Counted from the first letter of the whole stretch, positions 37,513 to 49,983 are shown. The stretch is DNA of 63,651 bases, filler included, from Hyphochytrium catenoides (GCA_900088475.1; 11 parts of 11 records of this genome joined end to end with filler, not necessarily neighbours in it); one strand, 5' to 3'. Notes: a model not told the origin generated them from the letters alone. Numbers and translations: made by a program.

Positions 37513-40500
37513 TTAGCATTCAGTAAAAGATGAGCCATAGTTGACTTCGTCAGTAATAACAAGGGGGCGTGAAGAAGGAGGAGTATGAGGAGGTGAAACA
37601 CCGACGACTTTGTCACCACCATCATCATACTCCTCGACTACGAGGCAAGCAAGAGAAGGGTCCAGCTGCTCAAGAGGAATACGCTCGACTACGAGGCAAG
37701 CAAGAGAAGGGTCCAGCTGCTCAAGAGGAATACGCTTCAGAATCTGAAGCGCAATTTCCTCATAAATCGCCACAGAGATTCTCGTATCAGGGCGTTAAGC
37801 CATAGCCAAGCGAGGCCATTGACCAAGAGGCTGAGAAGTATCAAGAGCAGAGCGGTCACAATGCCGCTTCACCAGATGTCCCACACAGTCGACGACGCCC
37901 GGCATAGCTCGCCCCAAAGACTCCCACACTAACTAGGGGGACGAACTACAGCTCTACAGGCCGGCAAGGAACCTGCCTCGTACTTCTTCTTTAGCTTCAC
38001 TTGGTCAGATGATGAACGACCTCTCAACAACCGGCATGACTTGCTGCATAAGGAAGGGTTCTACATTACACCCGATTCGTGCTCTAACACATCGTAGGCG
38101 GCATGTTGATAGAGGCTGAGAAACCCACGAAGCAATTCAAGAAATCCCCGGATTCAGATTCGACCCTGGAAGGAGGTGACGGAGTTCACGAGAGACTTTT
38201 TGGCCAGAGTTCCGAAAAGCATGAAAGAGAAGGTCTTGTGCACGGCGGCGCCACTCCGGCGACAGACGATACCGTGATCTCCCAAAAGATCCATACGACA
38301 CGAGCAGGTCTGTCAAGAAACAGGAGCAGGAGAGCACACAAGCGGGATCATACCAAGAAGCACCACGACATCACGCGGAACACCATACGGACGAAACCTT
38401 CAACTGCAGCCAGGGATGAGGAGCAACCTGAAGGAGAGCCCCGCCATGCGGGAGAGAAGTCGCCCCCTAAGCGAGCATTGGACCGCAAGTCCAGGTCAGC
38501 AGTAGACAACAGGACCTTGGCAGACGCCCACGAAACAAACGGCGACAAGTTCTGTTGCAGCTTAGTGTTTTCTCCAGAGATCAATCGAGAGAAACACACG
38601 CACTTCCTTATGGTGGACATCGAGGGCATGCCAGAAGGCGTCGAGCAACTCGTCGGCTAACGGTGAGGAGTAGGCCTTCGATATCTGGCATACGCAAGAG
38701 TTGGTTGATGAGGTTGGCCGAAACACCAACAGACTCAGTGTACGTAGGAATCCCAAGGTAGGAGGAGGGGGCGGACGCAAGGTCAAGGGCCACCCAGGCG
38801 AACAGGTAGGATAACTTCTTGCCAAACCAGTAACCCATACAGAGTTAGACCCAAAAGACGAGCAAGGAAGTCACGGAGGTCAAAATGAGAACAAGGTGAG
38901 GCAAGCTGAGAAGGTGGACGACCGTGGAGCAGATGGCTGATCTTGGCAAACCCCAGGCAACCCTCACCCTAACCCTAAGGAACAGCGAAAGAGACAAGTT
39001 GGGGTCTGAGGAGAGGACACAGATTGAACTTCGCGCCTACTACATCTAGACGAGAGAGGACAGAAGGGACATAGGAAGAGACGAAAGAAGCAGAACCAGT
39101 TGGGACGCCTAAAAGGTCCACGCCACTGTCACCCACTAGTAGTCGAGAGACCGCCCTAGGGAAGACCGGAAGACGTGCAACGTCATAACACTGGGCCACA
39201 AAACCTCGCATTTGCCAAGGTTGAGCTTCCAAGCCAATTTCTGGGCTGCGGCCATGAAGGTAGCAAGAGCCGCAGCGACATCTTTTACTGAATCAATACG
39301 AGTACAGCATCAAGGTACCAAGAAGGGAGGTCCAATGAAGGAAGAGACGCAGCAATGTTAGTGACAATGGGATGGAGAGCTAAGGCGAATAACAAAGGAC
39401 CAGAAAGGGTCACCTTGCTGGACACCGCAGGAGCTTGCGAGCAGATCAGAGCCATGAAACAGGTTGGTCGGGGTTGATTCACAATGAGAAGCCTAAGGCA
39501 AAAGAGCGGGAGAGTGTTCTCAGACGCCGTCCAAGAGTAGCGGACGGCGCACCGAGTTGAGGTCATTCTTGAAGTCAACCTGCAGCAGAACCTTATCCTT
39601 GCTATCGCCAAGTCAGTAACGACCAACCGAACAGCATGAATAAGGCCCTCGGCAACCGCAGGGACTGCAACGCCCATCTGGAAAGGTGAAAAGAGAGACA
39701 CAGCCTGGGTTTTGACCTCTCCCCAGCAACATTTTGAGACCTATTACGCAAAGTTTCAACCGCGGCGAGGGGTCGAAGGCTACCATCGTTCTTGGTCAGA
39801 CCAAACAGATGAGCACCAGCGAGAAATAGGAGAGATCTGGAGAAGGAGCCTGTCCTTGGGCCAGTAGCGACACTAACGTAGTGAGATAATGGCATAAGGC
39901 CTGACGGGCCGAAGAACAAGGTGTGAATAGGCAGAGGTCTGCGAGGCGGTGAGGCCGCAGATGAGAGGCGCCAGCAACTGTACCAGGAGGGAAGGTAGAG
40001 ATCCGGTCAAAGACAGAGGGAGGAGAGAAAGCATCATTCGTTGTCTTGCGAAGGTGGTGAGAAAACTGGCGGCGAAGAGAACGCAAGGCCGAGAGAGGGA
40101 GGACACCCTTGGGGTGTTTGATTGAGAATGAGAAGAGAAAGGCAAGAGAGAGGGAGTAGCGATAGCGTCGGACACCAGGGCAGCCACAGCTTTAGTAAAC
40201 AAACCCTCTTCAGCCAGGTTGGAGTCCCGCACAATGTTTGACTTAGAGGAGAGTCCGAGGTAGGGGCAAGAGCTAGCCGCGTGATGGAGGACAGAGGAGA
40301 CAACAGTTGACAGGAGCTTGCCACCGAGAAAGGCGTTCTTGTTGAAGCAATTTTGACAGCCTGGCACTTTTGGATCGCGATGTTGGTGGCCTTCACGGCA
40401 GAAGCATGGGACCGGCGGAGAACAAACTTTAGGGAGAGGAGCAGCAGGAGCCAAGAGGCAAGAGAGTTGTGCGAGGCACAAATCGTCAGAAGATAGCCGA

Positions 40501-40900
40501 AGCAGACAGCACTTTCACTCAAGATTATTGAAGAAAGGGATCTTTCGAATGGACCTGCAGGAAAGCTGGTAGATGTCCATAGAAGAAGGAAGAGGAGGTT
40601 CATGCGACAAACAGAGAAGAGGAAAGGAGTGAGAAGAAGGGCTGGACAGAGAAGCGTCGCCAGGCGAGAGGGAGAAGAGGAAGGGCCGAGGTTGGAGGGG
40701 ATAGGCAGAGGTAGGGAGAGGAGGAGGAGGTGGTGTGGAGGCAAGCTACCAAAGGAGAGTGATTCGTCCTAGATCCAGGCAGCGGGCGAAGTGACCGTGG
40801 TCAGGTTGCGCCCGAGTAATGGTCTTGCAGGTCAGGATACGCTACGCCCACAATCACAGGGACAATATTGACGGCCTTGTTGATCAAGGAAGGACAGGAG
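37513..40900 (-). mobile_element. Degenerate CRE-clade (RLE-type) non-LTR retrotransposon
   Basis: Frameshifted RT motifs in order: GLTKNDGSLRPLA, PFQMGV..EGLIHAVR, VDFKND(L)N, GVQQGDP, PLLFALAL, WYLD, LLGVPTGS. These are followed by a CCHC finger (C..MDLLGDHGIVC), RLE-like motifs (SRELRHLLPG...PGD...AYDV), FVPLV..FG and RISVAI. Confidence 0.85.
37633..37735. repeat. Near two-copy ~51-nt tandem duplication in the C-terminal coding part of the CRE element
   Basis: CTCGACTACGAGGCAAGCAAGAGAAGGGTCCAGCTGCTCAAGAGGAATACG occurs twice in tandem (RIPLEQLDPSLACLVVE x2). Confidence 0.9.
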
Positions 40901-41339
40901 GTCAGGGTGAGCGGTCCAATCAAGAGTAAAGAAGATGATGAAACTTTGATTTATTATGTTCTCTATTTCATTTTTTTTCTCGTTCTCTCCCTTTTCTTCC
41001 CTCGTCTCTCTCTCTGTCCCCTCCGTTCCCTTCTTTCCTTATCTTGGATGTTGAGTCTCTCCTATGCCTCTATTCCAATCCTCCTTCTCCAGAACTCTCT
41101 TCTTATCTCCTGCTGCTTTTGGTTTTCCTTTATATTGTCTCGTCGTGGCTTGTTTCGAAGCTCTCTCTTCTTTTCTAGCTTAAAGAATGAGCGTAGCAGA
41201 GGACAGAGAGAGAGAGTAGGCACAATTAGAGAGAAAGAGTGAAGAGGAAGAAGAAGAGATGACCAACTAAGCTAAAGACATGGCTAACGGACTCAGTAAG
41301 TCTCCCTTCAGTTTGGGACTCTTTTTCCTTGCGGGTTAC

Positions 41340-42415
41340 TTCTTTCAGGCGTGGACCTACTAAGGTGGCCTATCGGGGTGGCACTTAAGGTCGTTATGAA
41401 GCTGGCGGCAGCCAGGAGAGCACCTAGGATGGAAGCTAGGTTATCAAGTATGAGGCGGACACCGTTCTTGGCTTCTCAGGCGGGTAAAGGCTATTTGTAA
41501 AGCTGGGACCGATGGTGGTACCTACGCTACTAGCACCTTGTAACTGAATCGACTAGGTTGGATATTACGTCTGCCACCCAGGGTTGCACCAAGGTGGAGG
41601 GGGGCAGTAACATAGGATGGCGTTTAGCCAGGCAGATACGGTTTGCATCCTGGCACGTAGATTGGACAAAGACTACCAGTCCATATCTTATCCTAACAAC
41701 TCTGATGGCAACTCAGGTTGGCAACTACTTATCTTTCACCTAACCTGGTCAAAAAGGTTATTATCTAGGCGGGCAGCAGGGCTTGAAATATGTTTACACC
41801 TAGGGCTCGGCCCTAGAATGGCCCAGAAATAGCACCTTTTGGCTGGCACCTAGGTGTAGCTCGGACTCTTCATCCCTGTCATTAGGTTGGCAACGAAGGC
41901 TGAGATATAAGCTGGCACCATAGCTAAATGAGGGTGGTAGCTGGCACGTAGGGTGCTCATCGTGGGGTTTAAGATCTAAAGTAATGTGTAAGTGTGACTC
42001 CTAAGACTGGCTCTGGACTGACAACAATGCTAATGCGTCGAGTCCATCAGCAAAGGTAGTACCTAGCTAGGTTGGCACCCATTCGGGCACCTACCCTGCC
42101 ACCTACAGCCGGCGCATAAGGTTGGCAGGAAGGCTGCTGCTGGGACCAAGAATGGCTCCCACATGGGCACTAAGCCTGGCACTTGAGGTTCACGCCGGAC
42201 TGGTACATTTTANNNNNNNNNNNNNNNNNNNNNNNNNNNNNNNNNNNNNNNNNNNNNNNNNNNNNNNNNNNNNAGGCTGGAGTCCAGGATCCTCCAGCTA
42301 ACTGGCGCCTAGGTGTCAGAGGGAAGCTGGCTCGTAGGGTGGCACCTAAACTGCCATCTATGGCTGGTACCACTACTGACACCTAGCTGGTACTTATCTT
42401 GGCACGTAGACCTAT
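41340..42415. repeat. Highly degenerate tandem array with core ~(G/C)TGGCACCTAG
   Basis: More than 20 variants such as CTGGCACCTAG, TTGGCACCC, CTGGCACGTAG, GTGGCACCTAA and CTGGTACC lie on both sides of an internal N gap. Confidence 0.6.
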
Positions 42416-42417
42416 AA

Positions 42418-42492
42418 AACCGCTCTGCAACTAGGAACCTTTTGCAAGCAGAAACGCTCTGCAACTAGGAACCTTTGCAAGCAGAAACGCTG
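42418..42492. repeat. ~34-nt tandem duplication (AAACGCTCTGCAACTAGGAACCTTTTGCAAGCAG), ~2.2 copies
   Basis: Directly visible. Confidence 0.85.
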
Positions 42493-42937
42493 AGGGAAAG
42501 GAAAGCGGTAGCAACCGGCAGAAAATAAAGGATCAAGGGATAAGAGATTTAGGCGACCAATGGCACGGAGGAAGCAGCTTTTCCGGCGTTATGGGCTGAT
42601 ACCATGCTGATGGCGGTGTCTTGATAGGCATATCATCACGTATTATCTCGTGGTCGTACCTACCGTTCGTCCCAAGATATTAGTCTCTACAGCATTATTT
42701 TTGAGTCTCTTTCTTTACGCCGGTTTCGGAGCAACAAGGTGATGTGTTCTGAACACCTCTTCCTCCTTAAACTCATGATTGCTTTATATTCCAGCTCGTA
42801 TAGCTATAGTGCCCTGCTTCTCATGTTACGCAAATCTNNNNNNNNNNNNNNNNNNNNNNNNNNNNNNNNNNNNNNNNNNNNTTAATTAATTAANNNNNNN
42901 NNNNNNNNNNNNNNNNNNNNNNNNNNNNNNNNNNNNN

Positions 42938-43002
42938 GTTGGGCTTATAAGTAGAGCACTCTCATCTAATGGCATTGTCCAATCATCCCATATAATCCAA
43001 CA
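42938..43002 (+). mobile_element. End of an LTR (family B) inserted into the Copia gag
   Basis: About 94% identical to 60971-61036 and ending CCAACA. It truncates gag before the protease; the rest is in the gap. Confidence 0.85.
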
Positions 43003-44220
43003 AGGGTAAGGGATTCACCGGAGTCGACAGAAGAAGACTTTGTATACTGATTGGCTTAGTGTCAACTGATGATCGAGCTCCTGGTGAAGAAGAAGTGGAG
43101 GATAGGAGAGCAGCTATGAGAGCACGAAGTTGCTGAGCATTGCTTTTACTGCTGGGCTCCTGTACCACCGGCAACTTGTCCAAGTGGACGCGACACTTCC
43201 AGCCAGCTGGCCTGCAAGGAGCGTTCTCCGAAAGCTCAAAACAGTGTGCGCTGTTATGTCCCTTCTTCCGGCAGATGCCGCACTGCGTGCTACCACGCAC
43301 AGGTTTCTCCTGTCTTCGCTGATCTGGGGGAGGATATTCTCTTTTCCTTTCCCCTGGACCAGAAAGGGCATTCATCTCCGAAGAGGGTAGAGTATCCGGA
43401 AAGTGTACAGAGCTAGACACTCTTCTCTGTTCATCAGCCATAATACGGTTGATGACCTCTTTTTTTGCAGCCAGAGAGGAAGTCCCTAGGACGTACAGGT
43501 GGCTCACTATAGAGCCAAAGGATGGAGGGAGGCTTTGGAGAATTGAAGAGGTCAGGATTGTCTCATATATGTCCTGCTGGTTCTCTTTCTTGTTTTTCCT
43601 TTCGAAGATATTCTTTAGAGCCTCTGTCCTCTGTTTCAGGGTGGTCAGGTGGGATCTCAGAGAGGTGGTCCCTCCAGAATCAAACCTTGAGTTGGTGATC
43701 TCCTGAAGCCGCCTGAGGACGTTGTCCCCTTCCTTTCCATCCATCTGCTCCTGCAGTTTGAGCCATCCCGCGTACACTGATTCTTGCCCTTCCAGCAGCG
43801 ACAGGAGCTCATCAGAAACTAGGGGAACCAGTTTGGTGATCGTCTTCCGATCATTCTTCTTTCAGTTCTTCTTGCTTGTCTCTGTGACGTCCTTACTACT
43901 GGTGAGCGGGTCTTTGCCATCAGCCAGAGGTGTCTGACTCTCATCCTCAATGTGAACGACGAGGTCTAAGTCATCCAGGTAACTTCGTACCCGGCTTGAC
44001 CAGATAGAATACTAGTCCTTGCTGTGTAGAGCAGCGAAATTGTGCGGATGAGCTCCGCCTTCCTTTGATGTCATTGTATGCGACAGGATCGTCACTCTAG
44101 CAGCTCCAGTGAGAAGAGGAGAAGCAACAGTCACGACCAACTGCGAGTGTGGGCCTAACATAACCTGATAAACTTTCACACATTGGACAAATGGACATAT
44201 AAATGGTTTGTACCTTACAA
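43003..44220 (-). mobile_element. 5' part of a Ty1/Copia element: LTR end, PBS, gag pseudogene
   Basis: The LTR ends ...TTTATCA at 44166 and is followed by a Copia-like PBS GGTTATGTTAGGCCCAC (44165-44149). From ATG 44074, gag has YSIWSSRVRSYL, ILQSLPPSFGSIV and the zinc knuckle CGICRKKGHNSAHC, with two in-frame stops (TAG, TGA). Confidence 0.88.
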
Positions 44221-44413
44221 NNNNNNNNNNNNNNNNNNNNNNNNNNNNNNNNNNNNNNNNNNNNTTAATTAATTAANNNNNNNNNNNNNNNNNNNNNNNN
44301 NNNNNNNNNNNNNNNNNNNNTAAATAGTCATTAACCAGGGTCCGAAGCACTGATTAAAGGGACGCTACAAGCTAACATCAACCACAGAGAACATAATAGA
44401 AAGGGCGACGCTA

Positions 44414-45262
44414 TCATCGCAGCATTAGACCGTCTAAGTGCAGATCCACGCTGCTATCAGAGCGACAGAGGAACTCCAGCGCGTTGCAGACGAGCTCCAG
44501 CTGTGCCTTCACCTCTGATATACTAGGTCTGTCAATGAGCTTGAGAGTCTTAGAGACAGTGAAAGGCGTCTCACTTGCGACCTTCTTGCAAGCATAGCGC
44601 TCTACGTGGGAGTCTCCTATTGAGACAAAGTGAAAGCGTCCCATGGTAGGATCCATAAGACTGGCTGAGCCTGTCTGGAAGCACTCTGACGCTATTAATG
44701 AGAAGACTGCGTATTTCCAATCCTCAGGGGAGCCTCTTAGCCCCGTCATGGGGTCAGCAGGATGGGGAGTCCCTTGCGCTTGAAACCAGGCCCGAGCCGA
44801 GACAACCATGATCTCCTCCAACTTCAGCAAAGATTCTACGCTAGGACCGAAGAGCGTCCGCGTTGTTAGCTCGACCCATCCTGTGTCTCCGGCGGTCACA
44901 ATGAAGACAGGGCCTAGTGTCCGAGCTTTCCATAATAAACGCACCACTCGTCTTGTCACTTTCCTGAGATAACGCCGAGACCTTTCATCCAAAGCAGAGA
45001 GGTTGGCAACGTTGACCGTCCCATCGGCATTGAAGAGTTTCTTAGAGTATGCCCAGGAGCTGGGGCAGAGCGTGTCATCCCAGTCTAAGATGATAGCTGT
45101 CCTCTCGTACTCGGGTAGCTCTGTGGGTGGCGTCACTTCCAAGTCAATGAGGTCGTCCGAGTCCCAATCCATCTCCATTTTAGAGCTAGACAGACAATCG
45201 CTGAAGTCATCGGGTAGAATGGACCGAGGGTTGAAAGGACTCTCGACGCTTACACTTCCCAT
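44414..45262 (-). CDS. HAD-superfamily protein (DWDDT family), intronless
   Basis: Motif I IILDWDDTLCPSSW, motif II IVTAG, WK, and motif IV SIGDSHVER. Confidence 0.85.
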   Translation of the reverse strand: MGSVSVESPFNPRSILPDDFSDCLSSSKMEMDWDSDDLIDLEVTPPTELPEYERTAIILDWDDTLCPSSWAYSKKLFNADGTVNVANLSALDERSRRYLRKVTRRVVRLLWKARTLGPVFIVTAGDTGWVELTTRTLFGPSVESLLKLEEIMVVSARAWFQAQGTPHPADPMTGLRGSPEDWKYAVFSLIASECFQTGSASLMDPTMGRFHFVSIGDSHVERYACKKVASETPFTVSKTLKLIDRPSISEVKAQLELVCNALEFLCRSDSSVDLHLDGLMLR

Positions 45263-45908
45263 GATTCTCAACGGAGGTCGGGAGGTAGCGAGCCAGATAG
45301 TAGACAGAAGGGAGGAGAGAGAGATGAAACGCGAGTGTGTCTTCGTGTCCTCGGCTAAGCTTAGGCAAGCGCAAGCGAAGACGAACCCGCTCTCCTGCGC
45401 TGCCGGAGTTAGCCGTAGGCGGGCTGTGGAGCTCTATCTCTGTCTTCCCTGATGGTTGCTGTGTGATGTCGGTTGGTCTCTTAAACTCCCCGGATCCCCG
45501 GACTCTGACGACAGTAGAGCTGACGAAACCGAGCTCAACTCAGTCACACAGATTTGCTGTTCTATCTGAGTCGGTCTTCCTGTCAACTGTCAGGGGAGGA
45601 AGAGAGGCAATGAAAGAGGGAAGAGATAGTTTGAGTCTGTCTGAGTGACGTCTGGGTAAGAACGAGCGGTGACAGCTTATGCAGATGCCGTGCCAGCGGG
45701 AGACGAGAGGAAGGTTGGCGACAGAGTAAGGACATAGAAGGAGGGCGGTTCGGAGGAGGAGCGGGAGGAGACGAGAGAGCAAGAGGACAGTGATGGTCAA
45801 CTTGGGTGNNNNNNNNNNNNNNNNNNNNNNNNNNNNNNNNNNNNNNNNNNNNTTAATTAATTAANNNNNNNNNNNNNNNNNNNNNNNNNNNNNNNNNNNN
45901 NNNNNNNN

Positions 45909-47102
45909 GGATGTGGAGATGGCAGACTCACGGTCCTGATCGCCTCCTCAGGAGCCAGTGTACTGGGTGTTGATAACTCTGACAGCATGGTGAAAGCCAC
46001 AGCTGAGAGGGGAATAGAGGCAGAGAGAGCGGACGCACAGAGACTAACTTTCAAAAAGGAATTTGACGCGGTCTTTACGAATGCTACGCTGCACTGGTGC
46101 AAGGAGGCAGATCAAGTCCTAGAGGGAGTGAGGGAAGCCTTGAAGCCTGGCGGAAGGTAAGACCAAGAAAGAAAGCGAGACACGGAGATAAGGAAGAAGC
46201 CTGAACCCGCTCTATAAATGGCCTCAATCTCTCTCTCGCTATCTCCTCTCTGGAGCTCTTTCCCTGTATCTCTCGTTCTTTCTATGTTTCTGTCACATCC
46301 GTCTTTCACTAAGTTTCATAGAAGCTATGCTAACTGGTGGTCTCTCTCTCTCTCCCTCTCGCTGCCGACTTCTCTGTGGTTGCCCTTCTATCATGTGCTG
46401 TTTGTGGCAGATTTGTGGGGGAGTTCGGTGGGTTTCTGAATGTTGGGACGGTACGAGTGGCGCTTCTCGCCGTCCTAAAGCGCAGAGGAGAAGAAGGAAA
46501 GGTGCTCCTCCCGTGGTACTTTCCCTCTGTGGACGAGTACAAGAAGAAGCTTGAAAGGTAAGCAGGCCCCATGAAAGAGCTGTGAGGAAGTGTGCAACGA
46601 AGAGAGAGGGAGAGATGGAAGAGAATTTACAGTCCTAAGATGTCGGGAAAAGAGAGATGACAAACAAGAAGCGCCAGAAGAAGAATGCGCGGCAACAAAC
46701 AAATGGCCCTGGCTCCCCATTCCCTCGTCTCTAGTCCTCTGTCCAGTTTCTTCTCCTGGCCGGTGTCCCTCTACTGACTGTTGATACTCTTGCATCTCCT
46801 TCCTGTGAGATAGGCACGGATTTAACGTGAAGTACATTGAGCATATTCCTCGGCCAACCCTACTCCCTTCTTCAGGCATCAGAGGCTGGCTGGCCACCTT
46901 TGGAAGCGGCATACTGAGGCAACTAAGGGAGAGAAAGAGAGCTGAGAGAGGAGATGACCGAGTAAATGACGAGGAAGAGGAAAATGAGGGACAGGAGATT
47001 CTTGAAGAGGTGGCACAGCTTCTGGACGATGTACTAGTGGATGCCAAGGGCAACTGCTTTCTTGACTATTACCGCCTCAGATTTGAGGCAACACTAGCGT
47101 AA
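45909..47102 (+). CDS. Class I SAM-dependent methyltransferase (5' end in gap; at least 3 exons)
   Basis: GCGDG..VLGVDNS..FDAVFTNATLHW..LKPGGR|FVGEFGGFLNV..PWYFPSVDEY..|GF..IPRPTLLP..GWLATFG..DYYRLRFEA*, joined by GT-AG introns. Confidence 0.88.
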
Positions 47103-47260
47103 GGGACAGACACACAGAAACACACAGGGAAAAAGCGAACCCGAGAGAGAGAGAGAGGTAACGGCGCGAAGGCACCACAGGGAGATGACTCGTAAAGCAA
47201 CATTGCAAACGCAAGGAGGCTGATATAGCAGGAGGACAACTTTCCAACTGACTAGAAGTT

Positions 47261-48818
47261 TTATGAAGACGAAAGGAGCTGCGTGAATTGCTTCAGCGCT
47301 CTATCTCTATCTCTGTTGACCCAACGCGCCCATACCTTCCCTGCCTCTCGTCCCGGAAAAGCTTTCATTGCGTGGTTTGCTAATGCACCGATGCGAGCGG
47401 AGGCGTCCTCTTTCACAGCTCGCAGGGCGATTTCCTCCCACTTATTGTCCCCTTTCTGCTGTGTACCATCTCCCTCACCAAGAGTGCGACGTGGAAGAGA
47501 AATAAACTGTCTCTCTAGCGACTCTAAAGCACTTATTGCTCGCTGAATCTCTTCCAGACGCTCTGCCTCATCACAGCTCAGGATGACTCGGATATCCTGC
47601 TTTCTTAACGAAAGGGAGGAAAGACGTCTCTGCCACGCTTCTGTCAGAATCTGAAGAGTCTTTTCCCGCTGTTCTTTGTGTTTGACGGACGAGAGAGCAG
47701 ATGGATGCTTCCGGTAGTAAAGGAGAACATCCCCAACATTGGTAGCATTGAGTCTATATCTATTTCCTTCTTCTTCCTCTCTGTCCTTCTGATGGTCAGT
47801 ACCTGCAGGGTCAATTCTTGGGGAGTAGTAGTGGCCCTTCAGGCTCCTCGTCCCTTCTTTGTCTTCCTCTTCTTGCTGCAGACGGTGCCAGAGGTCGAAG
47901 TCTTCTGCGTATTGATACTGAACTCTGTATCCTCCGAGAGAGAGAAGAGAAGATCTTCGTACCATAGTTCCGGGATGAGGAAGGGAGCAGCCAAAGTAGA
48001 GAGACCATGACGTGAAGAGAGGGTCAGTAGGATACCTCACCACCCTTTCTCCCTCTTCATGTTTCTTTCTCTCACTCTCTCCATCCCTCTCGTCCTCAAA
48101 GAGGACAAGAGCACAACCGACTACGGAGAGACATGGATGTGATGAGAGGAAGTGGTACTGTCGCTCCAGGCGCCGCGGATGGCTGATATCGTCAGCGTCT
48201 TGCCGCGCCACGTACTCGCCCTCACAGTGCTTTAACCCATGGTTTAGAGCTGAGACGATGCCTTGGTTGGTGGTGAGAGATATAACTTTCACTCGATTTC
48301 TCTCTCTGCCTTCCTGTCTATCTTTTTCCTCTTCTCTTCTCTCTATTGTTTGCATGAGAGAAAGAGAGCCATCCGTCGAGCCATCATCCACAATAATCAA
48401 CTCAAAGTCTGTCAGAGATTGCCGAAGGACACTATCTACCGCGGCTTCCACGGTCCTCTCTGCGTTGTACACAGGAAGGAGAACGGAGACGCGAGGCTTA
48501 CGACGAAGAGTAGGAGCGGAAGTGTGAGGAAGAGGCCTTGTCAAAGTCCCTCTATCCTGCCCATCAACCCCCGACAAACGAAGGCGGAAGTCTCCCACAT
48601 GCACGGAGTTGAACTGTTGTTTGCTATACCATTCGAGGTCAAGCTCCTGCTGTCCTTGCCAAAGCAGAGAGTCCAAGAAGTATAGATCGCCTTCTTCCAC
48701 AGCCATTATCCGTTCTTGTCTCTCTTCTAATGCCCCTTGGCCCTCTCCTCCACCAGAAACAGCAAGATATATGGGGTTCTGGAAGATATCTTGCACTCTG
48801 TTCACCGTGATAACAGCC
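47261..48818 (-). CDS. GT2-family glycosyltransferase (N-terminus probably continues into gap)
   Basis: Motifs are VSVLLPVYNAE, FELIIVDDGSTDGS, NQGIVSALNHGL, YVARQDADD, HPGTM and AEDFDLW. The frame is open up to the gap. Confidence 0.92.
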
Positions 48819-49463
48819 NNNNNNNNNNNNNNNNNNNNNNNNNNNNNNNNNNNNNNNNNNNNTTAATTAATTAANNNNNNNNNNNNNNNNNNNNNNNNNN
48901 NNNNNNNNNNNNNNNNNNACCCAAAATTTGTGTTGAAGCACTTCCAGGTTTCTCAGACCCACCGCCTACCTAGCTTCTCCTTGGGCAACTTCGTTCCTGC
49001 TAGCCGCCTATCTACCTAAATCTAGTATCAGTCTGTCTCCTAACCCGAAGTAGCCCAGATGGGCCTTTGCTAACGTCAACTGCCTCAAGGTACCTCGCGT
49101 TTACTCTGTCTCTTAGTGAATGTAACTCTGTCTCGTCGCGATGAAAGGAGAGATCGTCCTAAATTATAAAAATGGAGCCGGATAAGATCTGGCTGGTCAT
49201 AAGGCGGTTAATCTCAAGGACTTCTCTATTATTAAAGCTCTATCTTCCAGGTCTAATCGGCTAAGGATAGGATCTGTGACCCTTGCTTGTGTTGGATAGG
49301 GGCCAGCAAGAGGAGACAGAGGAGGTAAGCTGGGAAGACAGAGAGGAGTATTGGCCAAAAAGAGTCAATAAGTCCATCCATTCATAATTGAAAAAAAAGA
49401 GGGAGAGGAAGAGTGAAAGAAAGAGAGAGAGAAGAGAAAGAACACAAGAGAGAGAGAGAACGT

Positions 49464-49503
<40 letters not shown>

Positions 49504-49983
49504 CCCTCATGAAGCTATGTCGCCCCCATCATTCAACATACACTTTCTCTATGTGATTGAGAGGTGATGGCCATCATGCATCCCTTTCTTCATCCAACAC
49601 ATCCAGCTCATCAGTAGACCCAAGGCCCAAGAGCAAGCACTTTCTCTTCATTCAGCTCACTGACAGGGTCACTCACGCCAGCGGCGCCAAACACGCTCCG
49701 CTCGTCTCTCTGTCTGTCTCTCTGTCTCTCTCTCTCTCTCTCTCTCGCTCTCTCGCTCTCTCTCTCATCTCATCTCATCTCATCCCAGTGTTGGAACTTC
49801 TTCTTCGTTGTGCTCTCGTCTTTGCAAAGACTGTGAGAAGAAGAGAGCTTTATTTGCCGTCACTCCTCCTTTTGCAGCTGCAGTGGCGCCTGCAGATCAG
49901 TCTCTTTCCCTTCCTTTTCTAAATCTTTTGATTTTAACAAAAAGGTTAGGCTTTGCCAAGCCGGAGAGGAGGAGAACAGCACG

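Noticed and set aside
38959-38978. Telomere-like CCCTCACCCTAACCCTAA
   Set aside because: Only about three units, lying inside the coding region of the CRE element; most likely chance or coding sequence.
43778-44074. Stop-codon reassignment or readthrough suggested by in-frame TAG/TGA in gag
   Set aside because: Intact host genes use the standard code with TAA, TAG and TGA as stops, and the element is otherwise disrupted.
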